A DNA stretch of 64,000 bases from Armatimonadota bacterium (lineage in GTDB: Bacteria > Armatimonadota > HRBIN16), in the NCBI GenBank assembly GCA_963677485.1, contig OY781964.1, positions 3,424,001 through 3,488,000 on the forward strand, given 5' to 3'. Within the stretch, counting starts at the first letter, position 1; each line of letters starts with the position of its first letter. Positions 1-8,494 of the stretch are shown here, one piece after another. Made by a program: the position numbers and the translations under genes. The notes under the pieces are model-generated. The model saw only the letters and a list, made by a program, of their open reading frames with translations, searched no databases and was not told the origin of the DNA.

Positions 1-204
1 ATGTTGAACGGCTTTGATGAAGAACTTTATACCTGGCTGTGTGCGGCTTCACCTATCCCCATCATCACCTCCGGTGGTTTTGCCACACTCGAAGATGTGG
101 CGATTTCTATTCGCAGCGGTGCTGAAGGTGCGATCGTAGGGAAGGCGCTCTATACCGGGGCGGTGAAGTTAGCGGACGTGTTGAAGTTGGTGGAAGGCGT
201 ATAA
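1..204 (+). CDS. hisA: 3' end of phosphoribosylformimino-AICAR-P isomerase (partial, runs off window)
   Basis: C-terminal HisA motifs IPIITSGG and GAIVGKALY. Confidence 0.85.
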   Translation: MLNGFDEELYTWLCAASPIPIITSGGFATLEDVAISIRSGAEGAIVGKALYTGAVKLADVLKLVEGV

Positions 205-409
205 GCCTTCCGTCTGTCTTCTTCCAAGCGGCTATAACACTAGTCCTCCTGCATCGTCTGTCAAGTAGTGTCGGTAGATGAGCGACCACTGAAAACCCAT
301 GAGATGGGATTCATCTGTCGTTTATCGTTGGTGTCTCAACTCGTTTTTATGAGAATTTGAGATTTTGCCCAGATTATCTCAGAAATGAGCCATTTTGTTG
401 CAAAAACTG

Positions 410-438
410 TTGACTTCGCTAAATATGGGTGGTACGCT
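410..438 (+). promoter_or_regulatory. sigma70-type promoter for the PEP-CTERM gene
   Basis: TTGACT-17 bp-TACGCT with TG extended -10. Confidence 0.55.
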
Positions 439-557
439 TAATGTGGTGCTGATGTAGCGGATGGTTCCCATTACAGCAGTGCTCGACGCCTGTCATTCCT
501 GTGCACGTTTGGAATGATGAGGCTGACTTGCAAGTCAGGCTTTGGAGGTACGAGTGC

Positions 558-1334
558 ATGACCAAACGGAAGAAGATTGTTGCGGCGATCGCTGTAGCTT
601 TCTGCACCTTATCCGCGTCGGTCGCATTTGCAGCTAGTTCAGGGGCAGTAAACAGTAACACGGTATCTAATACCGCAGTAACTGGTTCTTCTCTCGATCA
701 AGCTGCGATTGACGCCCTTCGAAGCGAGGTAGATCCGTCCGTATTCTTAGCATCTGGTACATTGGATGATATCAGTGAATCTTACGCCGTCAGTAATTTG
801 GTTTCTATAGATATGCTTAGTCAGATATCTATCGATCAAGTAATGGCGTTAAGCCAGGCGCTAAGTAATAAGGCGAATTCTCAAGAAGGAGGACTGCTTG
901 GAATTCTCCAACCAGTTCAGCCGACAACCGTAGATGACCAATCACCTGTCTCAATTTCGATTGATTTCGGTGATGAATTATCGACAGGTTCCTCGCTTCG
1001 TGTAGTCAGAGGAGCAGTAGTTTATATGCCTGTTCCTAACAAAAACCTTGGTAGCTACAAGTTGGTGCCTGTAACCACAGTCTCTCCTTTCCCAGGATCA
1101 GTGCTGAAAAGCGCAGAGACCCTGACGGCTGGACTAGTGAAACAAGCATCTGCCCAATCGGGTAATGTGGCTGTGAGTATCGATACACCAGTACTCTCGC
1201 AAATTGGTGTGGGTGTCTCACGTGTCACATCTAGTAGTAGTTCACAACCCAATCCGGTTCCAGAACCTTTCACCATGGCATTGCCATTGGCTGGAATGGC
1301 CATTCTGCGAACCCTTCGCAAACGCAACAAATAA
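558..1334 (+). CDS. PEP-CTERM sorting-domain surface protein
   Basis: GGAGG RBS then ATG at 558; signal peptide; Ser/Val-rich body; C-terminal VPEP + hydrophobic stretch + RKRNK. Confidence 0.8.
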   Translation: MTKRKKIVAAIAVAFCTLSASVAFAASSGAVNSNTVSNTAVTGSSLDQAAIDALRSEVDPSVFLASGTLDDISESYAVSNLVSIDMLSQISIDQVMALSQALSNKANSQEGGLLGILQPVQPTTVDDQSPVSISIDFGDELSTGSSLRVVRGAVVYMPVPNKNLGSYKLVPVTTVSPFPGSVLKSAETLTAGLVKQASAQSGNVAVSIDTPVLSQIGVGVSRVTSSSSSQPNPVPEPFTMALPLAGMAILRTLRKRNK

Positions 1335-1355
1335 ACTAACCGAAGCTTACACGAA

Positions 1356-1390
1356 AAAATCAGGGCTGGCTCACCACCAGCCCTGATTTT
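1356..1390. terminator. bidirectional intrinsic terminator
   Basis: AAAATCAGGGCTGG / CCAGCCCTGATTTT stem with A and T tracts between convergent genes. Confidence 0.8.
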
Positions 1391-1412
1391 GTTTTCTTGT
1401 GCGGGTTGGCTT

Positions 1413-2084
1413 CTACCGAAGGTTACACGGCCTCGGCAGTGTGTCTGTGTCCCACTCGGCGAATGTGCGGATGTAGTCAGAGGCTGTGTCAGAGATATCC
1501 TGCTCATCTGACGCCGCTGAGGCGTCATAGACTCCAATTGTCGTAAACCCAGCGTTGACGGCAGTGCGGATGGCGTGGAGCGCATCTTCAAACACCAGAC
1601 ACTCCTGCTTCGCCACCCCCAGCCTTCGAAGCGCCTCCTCATAGATATGTGGCTCATTCTTGCCGTGACCAACCTCAATGCATGTCACGATGTCGTCGAT
1701 GTATTGGAACACATCGAGCCGGCGCAGCGCGGCCTCTACCACCCTGCGGTGTGAGGCAGTGGCGACGCAAAACCTCATACCAGCTTTATGCATGCGTTCC
1801 AGAAATGGCTTGACATCGGACTTCAGGGGCACTTCGTGGCAGAACTGCTGCTCCACCATAGCCATGATCTGCTCAATGATCTCGGTGTTGGTGTAGGGCA
1901 AACTGTAGGTGGTGCGGAAATACTCTGACGACTGTCCCAGGCTGAACTCTTTCAATGTATCCCGCAGATCAGGCGGTGGTGTGATACCTTGTCCGCGCAG
2001 GTAGTTTTCGCCCACATACTTCCACACGGGCATTGAATCCAAAAGTGTTCCGTCGAAGTCCAGAATGGCTGCTTTATATCGCAT
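1413..2084 (-). CDS. HAD-superfamily (IA) phosphatase
   Basis: DFDGTLLD motif I, K-x-EP, FEDA motif; start taken at MRYKAA. Confidence 0.85.
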   Translation of the reverse strand: MRYKAAILDFDGTLLDSMPVWKYVGENYLRGQGITPPPDLRDTLKEFSLGQSSEYFRTTYSLPYTNTEIIEQIMAMVEQQFCHEVPLKSDVKPFLERMHKAGMRFCVATASHRRVVEAALRRLDVFQYIDDIVTCIEVGHGKNEPHIYEEALRRLGVAKQECLVFEDALHAIRTAVNAGFTTIGVYDASAASDEQDISDTASDYIRTFAEWDTDTLPRPCNLR

Positions 2085-2284
2085 CAGCGTTCTTACCGCC
2101 CCAGTATCTTGGATTGTGGTTGAGCATAAATGCACAACCGAGTGTCATTTTACCCTCCTAATAGTGCTGGTGCATCGTGATGGTAACTCTCAACATGCTT
2201 ATCTAGTCATTTCATATAGTCCCTGACAGCTATATGGAATAGTTGCATAGGTGAGATTTATACTACAAAAGTCGGGAGATTTTA

Positions 2285-3664
2285 ATGGATTGCTCGAACA
2301 AGAATTGGTGTGGTCATTCCATACCGCTCATCTTTGCCACTGCATTAGCAGTCATGTTTCTCGCCATGCCGATCACTGGACACAGTGAAGAATCGGCCGA
2401 TTTCTATGTGTCACCAGTTGGCCGTGACACATGGTCTGGTCGGCTCGCTGCCCCAAACTCCTCGCGAACTGATGGCCCATTCGCAAGTATCCGTAAAGCA
2501 CGCGATGTCATCCGCAAGTATGGTGCGGGAAAAGCACGAAGGGACCATTCCTGGACGGTATACCTGCGCGGAGGCAGCTACGCACCGAATGAGGTGACTA
2601 TATTCACGCCAGCGGATTCCGGACGCAAGGCACAACCGGTGATATTCAAAGCTTATCCTGGAGAACAACCGGTGATTACTGGGGGCAGAGTGATCAGTGG
2701 TTGGAAGAAGTCAACTCAACCCCTTCCGGGACTGACGAATGAAGCGAAAGACAAATTATGGGTGGCGGAAATACCAAAGGGCTGGTTGTTTCACAGTATG
2801 TTTGTTGACGATGTAAAGCAGCCTCGTGCGGCAACTCCGAATACCGAAGACTGGCGAAAGTGGCCATATATCCGGGGAGCTGGAGAACGCGCTCCAGGTG
2901 GACAGCCTCTACAGTTTAAGGGCGGCGAACTAGACAATGTGCCAGGTAATGGCGATGTTGAGATGTGTTTCTTGCCTCACTGGCGGTATATGAACGAGAT
3001 GTTTGTGTTGCGTGATGTCGATCCGGTAAAACGGACGGCGAAAAGGCATAGCAAGAACATCACATACCCAGGAAGAAGGGGCGATCCATATAGGATCGAG
3101 AATGCACTGGTGGCTCTCGATATGCCCGGTGAGTGGTGTGTCGATTCGACTCTGGGGAGGGTCTACTATTGGCCGCTTAACGGCAGTATGGATGGGTTGA
3201 AGGTGGTTGCACCAAAGCTGAATAACCTGATCCGATTTCAAGGTAAAGAAGAGAATGGTCCCTGGGTACATGACATCATCCTCAGTGGGATCACTTTCAT
3301 GCACACAGACAGGCTGCCGGAAGACAAGTGGCCTGACTCGTGGCTGAAGCGCAATTTCGAGAATCCTGACGCCGCGCTGTTTATGCAGGGCGTTGATAGC
3401 TGCACCGTTGAGCGCTACCGGTTCCTGCATATGGGAACATATGCGGTGGCTCTAGATCACTACGCTCAAAGAAACCGCATCACCGGCAATGAAATTGGGT
3501 ATACGGGCTCCGGAGGGATTCAACTCTACGGGTATGGTTCCGGCACCACAGACGTCAACAAATTCAACGAGGTATCACTTAATCATATCCATCACTCTGG
3601 GCTAGTATACTGGCATGCAGCAGCGATCACTTTGTCTGGCAGCAACAGCAACAAGATCGAGTTG
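2285..3664 (+). pseudogene. 5' part of a secreted right-handed beta-helix glycan-active enzyme (GH141-like), interrupted by IS
   Basis: FYVSPVGRDTWSG, DGPFAS, LDMPGEW motifs; frame resumes at 7664 after the IS (..SNKIEL|NYMHDLPYSAI). Confidence 0.85.
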
Positions 3665-4289
3665 TGTATCGCACCCGGTTACACAGACACGGGTTAGTGT
3701 TAAGCCGCAGTTGTAATGGAGTGCTCTTCTACAAAGCACTGGCGGGTTTCAAGCGGCGTTTTGAATCCCATCTTCTCCAATCGCCACGAACGATTGTACT
3801 CCTGTTTGAATTGTAGCACTGCTTCCCTCACTTCGTCGACATTCTGAAATACATGTGCGTAAATGACCTGTTCCTTTAGTGTCCGGTTGAATCGCTCAAC
3901 CACACCATTTGTCTGGGGCTGTTGCACATAGCTGAAGCTGGGTGTGATCCCCAGCCGCTTGATTTCATACTGGAAGTGATCGGAGCAATTTGCGGATCCG
4001 TTGTCGAGTCTCAGAGTAAGCCCGTTGGCGACAGCACGCTCTACGCTGCCATATATAGCCTGAACCCCTTCAAGCACAGGTTGAACGGCGTTGAACCGGG
4101 TACCGAGTTTGCAGACATATATGCCTACGCACTCACCGTTCCAGTGTTCTACCGCACTGAATATCCAGATATTTCCATCATCAACCGTGTCAATAGTCAC
4201 CTTATTACTACCACCCATGTTCGGCATATGTATACCACTTGACTAGTTCGTGTTCATTGCCCAATGTAAGTGTTGGATGCGTCGGTATC

Positions 4290-5057
4290 TCACTCTACGG
4301 ATGCATTATCCGGCTTGCTTACCTCCCCTCTGCGCTGCCTTTGGCGATAGCTCTCACCGGTGACAACAGTCACCCGGGCATGGTGAGTCAATCTGTCCAT
4401 AGCAGCTGAAGCGAGAAGAGAGTCGCCAAACATCTCCGGCCATTCGGAGGGAGCCCGATTAGATGTCAATACAATACTGCCCTTCTCGTATCTCTGGTGG
4501 ATGATCTCGTAGAGGTCTTCCGCTCCCTGAATTGTGATGGGGCGAAGACCAAAGTCGTCGAGTATCAGGAGGTCAACGTTGACCAATTTCTTAATCAACC
4601 GCGTATAAGCATCGTCTGCCCTGGCCGCAAACATCTCCTGTTGCAACTTGTGGACAGAACTGTTATAAACACTGTAGCTTCGCTTAATGGCCTCATAACC
4701 TATGGCGGTGGCTAGATGTGTCTTGCCCACACCAGTGGGACCACACACCAGCCAGTTGGCATGTTGAGCGATAAACTGGCAGGTCGCCATCTCCCTTACC
4801 AGCGAACGATCAAGGGTAGGTACAGCGTTGAAGTCGAAGTGGGACAGCAGTTTCGTGTTCTCGAAACAGGCCGCCTTCTCCATCTTTACCTGTTTAGTTT
4901 GGCTGCGTCGCTCAAGCTCATCATCTACTAATAACGCAAGGAACTCCGTTGGTGAGAGCTTTTGCTCACGGGCTAGCTCCGCTCTCTCTTCGAGGCTATC
5001 AACCATGCCAGACCATCTGAGTTGCCTGAGCTTGGGTAGCAGTGTGTGAGTTAACAC
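4290..5057 (-). CDS. istB: IS21 helper AAA+ ATPase
   Basis: GPTGVGKT Walker A, LLILDDFG Walker B, LTSNR, DRLTHH. Confidence 0.95.
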   Translation of the reverse strand: MLTHTLLPKLRQLRWSGMVDSLEERAELAREQKLSPTEFLALLVDDELERRSQTKQVKMEKAACFENTKLLSHFDFNAVPTLDRSLVREMATCQFIAQHANWLVCGPTGVGKTHLATAIGYEAIKRSYSVYNSSVHKLQQEMFAARADDAYTRLIKKLVNVDLLILDDFGLRPITIQGAEDLYEIIHQRYEKGSIVLTSNRAPSEWPEMFGDSLLASAAMDRLTHHARVTVVTGESYRQRQRRGEVSKPDNASVE

Positions 5058-6610
5058 GCTTCTACCTCCATATTGGTGTCAGCATTACTGACCAAAATGA
5101 ATTCGTCGGCACTACGAGCGAAGAGGTAGTCTTTTTTAGGGGGAAGAGAAGATGTTATTCCCATTGGCTCGTGATCTGTACCGGCCCTCAGTATCTTAGC
5201 AATGCGTTGGTAACTACCATCTTGGTAATAGAGAGAGCGTGCGCAGGCCGCTTCCAGGCGACTACTGCTGTACGTTTGAACTAGCCGGACGATCCTCTTC
5301 ACGGATTGTCTTCGGTCTACAGGCCTGTCAGCCAGCAAAGCATTAAGCACCGTAACACAACTGGGGCCGATGTCATGCCCTAATTCCAGGCAATTCTCGA
5401 TTGAAAGAACCATATAGGCCACTTTATGTGTTGGGTAATCAGTCATGCGGGTAATGCGCTGCCCTTGTTGTGTCGCTCTTTGATGTGTTCCAACTAGTTT
5501 ATGGTCGTTATCATATATCTGCACCACTCGTTCGTGCAGATGCACGTCCATTTGGCTGCCTATGTAGCTGTAGGGCACGGAATAGTAAGAACCATACACT
5601 GTAACATGACAGTCCCGATGGACTTTCGCACTACGAACTTCAATGAGATCAAATTCCGTGTCTGGTAATGACTTAAGCGTGCTCTTCTCTACCTGATTGA
5701 ACTGCGCCAATGGCTGTTTATGTGTGGTTCCATGGTTACGCAGACCTGCCTCTTGGGTGATCCAGGTCTTCACAAGCAGGTTCGCTTCGTCGATATCCAT
5801 GAACTCCCGGCCTGCAATGAAGTTTCGCTGCACGTAATGAACCCCGTTTTCCACTTTTCCTTTATGCTCCGGGGTTCTCACTCTACACGGATGAATGAGG
5901 AAGTCGTAGTGCAAGGCCAGTTGCCGATACGGCTCCGAGATGACAGGGTCGTATATATCTGCTTTGAGAACCGCTGACTTTAGATTGTCTATCACAAGTT
6001 CCTCTGGAACGCCTCCGAAGAATTCAAAGGCGTTGATATGGCAGTTCACCCATGTGGGTATCCTTTGATTGAATACAAACTCCACATATTGATGTCGAGA
6101 GTGTGATAGCGTCATCAAGAAGGCATACGTTGAACGCATCTTGCCTGTTGCGGGGTCCTTCATTTGCCCCACAAATCCGAAGTCAACCTGGGCCTGTTTT
6201 CCTGGGTCTGTCTCTAGACGTATAATGGCCAACTGCTCTTTGGGGGTCAGTCCGTTAATGAAGCGAATAACCGAAGAGTAGCTACCGGTAAACCCGTATA
6301 GTCGTTTGAGGTTGTTGTGGATGGTCACTGCCTCTATGTGAGTCTGGAGATAGGTCTCGATGATTTCGCGGTATGGTTCAGCACTAGACACATTACTGCG
6401 TCGTTTGCGCTGCGGTAAGGTGTCACGAAATGCCTCCATACTCGGCATATCTGAATCTGGAGCCAGGTATCCAAGTCGAGAAGCCCACTGTGCGTATTGG
6501 CTGACGGTGTTACGAGCGCAGCCCGTGTCACGAGAAATCGCTCGTTGGGACTGCCCACGCCGCAGTCGGAATATGATCTCTTCTATGATCTGCATTCTTA
6601 GCCTTTCCAT
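5051..6610 (-). CDS. istA: IS21 DDE transposase
   Basis: ETDPGKQAQVDFG, FFGGVP, DNLKS, KGKVE motifs. Confidence 0.95.
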   Translation of the reverse strand: MERLRMQIIEEIIFRLRRGQSQRAISRDTGCARNTVSQYAQWASRLGYLAPDSDMPSMEAFRDTLPQRKRRSNVSSAEPYREIIETYLQTHIEAVTIHNNLKRLYGFTGSYSSVIRFINGLTPKEQLAIIRLETDPGKQAQVDFGFVGQMKDPATGKMRSTYAFLMTLSHSRHQYVEFVFNQRIPTWVNCHINAFEFFGGVPEELVIDNLKSAVLKADIYDPVISEPYRQLALHYDFLIHPCRVRTPEHKGKVENGVHYVQRNFIAGREFMDIDEANLLVKTWITQEAGLRNHGTTHKQPLAQFNQVEKSTLKSLPDTEFDLIEVRSAKVHRDCHVTVYGSYYSVPYSYIGSQMDVHLHERVVQIYDNDHKLVGTHQRATQQGQRITRMTDYPTHKVAYMVLSIENCLELGHDIGPSCVTVLNALLADRPVDRRQSVKRIVRLVQTYSSSRLEAACARSLYYQDGSYQRIAKILRAGTDHEPMGITSSLPPKKDYLFARSADEFILVSNADTNMEVEAC

Positions 6611-7663
6611 GTATGCCCTCCTGATAAAACTGTGTCTATCATTTAGGCGGTCAGGGGCATCGAAACACGGCTAGAGTGGTATAGTCATGCCGAACATGGG
6701 TGGCTCACACATGCCGAATGGGCTGGTATAGTGTAACCCGATTAGCGACAATCAACCGTCCGCACCTGTGTGCCGTCAGTACCCCACATGATATTGGGAG
6801 CATCAGTAATGATCGTTCCATTGTGTTGATTAGTATCTGCCTTAGGTCTGCGATAAGGCGATAGAAGCTCATTGTTACGCATTAGCCGAAGCACACGGTT
6901 CCTGCCCACTCGCAACTTCTGTGCTCCAAAGTGCAGTGACGCGTGGATTTTCTTATAGCCTTCACCTTGAAATGGAGAGCCATTGATTACAAGCTTGATC
7001 GCTTCCAATAGTTCATCATCGGAAACGGAGGTCTTGGGTCCACGCTTTAGCCTGGGTGTGCTTAAAGCAGGATGAACAACCTCTGTGATTTGCATATAGT
7101 AGGTAGAGCGAGGTTGTTCCCAAACTCGGCATACCCTTTCTACACCATAGTGAGCGCATGTGGCGGGGGAAATGGCAGTGCTCATTTCCGTAATTTCCCC
7201 CGCGTAAAAGGGGCTTCTCTCCGGTGACATCGCTCGTATAGGAGTTCAATCTCCATAGATTGCTCACCGATACGTCGCTGGGCCTCTTTGAGCTGATGCT
7301 CTAAGGGATCTTGAACACGTATCTTCAGAGCGGATTCCATGCCAGCCAGGGCTCACTCTATCACGCCACTCCTCAATCTGATATATCGGTACACCTATTT
7401 GCCTTGATACGATCTCCAAGGATCCGCCGCCAATCAAGCGTTGAACCACCTCAAGTTTGCGTCGGCAGGACCACCGTCGGCTCTCCGGTAAAAAATTTAC
7501 GTCCGGGGTGGAACTCGCCCCTTCAGTCGCGCTCCGCGCTCCTTCCGGGGCTCTTTCCACCCGGACGTCGGAACAGACATCGGATCCGGATCATTCAAAT
7601 GATGTGTCTTCATGAACTCAGTTTACCTTAAGATTTTGTCTGTAAAAATTCGGGTGCCGCTCA

Positions 7664-8364
7664 ACAAGATCGAGTTGAACTATATGCACGACTTGCCGTA
7701 TAGTGCCATAATGATCTCTGGTCAGAAAACAACATGTTGGAATCGGCGTAATAAGTGCGAATCAGATGCATATGGAAACATTGGCGCGATGTTTAACGTG
7801 CGGTGGGATGAGCTTCCTGCTGGATCATACGATCGATGGCTGGCGAATGACGGATCATACGATGAATACAGCATCAAACGCTACCTGAACAATGGCACGA
7901 ACTATATGGAACACAATATCGTGGAGCGTTTCATGCAGCGGCTAAATGACGGTGGCGCACTCTATTCTTTCTATGTAGCTGGCGGGAATACCTGGCGGAA
8001 GAACGCTGTGTTTAGCGACACCGACATGCATCTGTTGAATCCCATCTACATGGATGGGGGCTCCGATGGGTCAATCCTTGAGGGGAATGTGATCTGTGCC
8101 CTTGGTAAAATATGGGATAACGGCGGTGCTGGCACCAACAAATGGGTCGCCAGCAATACTAAAGCACCAAGCTATCAGTTGGAGTCTGATTGGACAAACA
8201 ACCGGTTTAACGGTGAGGAGATACCAGCTTTCCCATTCATGCTGGAGGTTCCATACAAGGGGCTGACACCAGAATATCGACTGCTGGTGAAGGAGATTGC
8301 CAAGGAGGCCGCAGAACAGGGTGGGTGGATTAACGCACCACAGCCTGTTGGACTAGATATGTAG
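7664..8364 (+). pseudogene. 3' part of the IS-interrupted beta-helix enzyme
   Basis: HDLPYSAI, LNDGGALY, IYMDGG beta-helix motifs; in frame with 2285-3664 once the IS and one repeat copy are removed. Confidence 0.85.
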
Positions 8365-8494
8365 CTTGTGCATCTGTCAGCCATTGGGGGAGCATCAATG
8401 GCTGACGCTCTGATAGTTAGTAGGATATACTCATGTGTGTCTCGAACACTACGGATGTAAGTGATCATTCTGAACACATCATGAGGTGCTGTCC

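Larger units (their letters stand above)
4188..6750 (-). mobile_element. IS21-family insertion sequence
   Basis: TGTC..GACA ends, repeated subterminal CCACCCATGTTCGGCAT motifs, 8-bp target duplication ATCAACCG (4180-4187, 6751-6758), istA-istB. Confidence 0.92.
3700..7613 (-). pseudogene. IS3 transposase orfA/orfB, disrupted
   Basis: orfB split by IS21 at 4188-6750; orfA frameshifted by a 4-bp insertion near 7352-7358 relative to copy 2. Confidence 0.85.
3665..7663 (-). mobile_element. IS3-family element, copy 1 (inactivated; contains nested IS21)
   Basis: Ends TGTATCGCACCCGG.. and ..CGGGTGCCGCTCA match copy 2 (26266-27690); flanked by 14-bp direct repeat ACAAGATCGAGTTG (3651-3664, 7664-7677). 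Confidence 0.92.
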
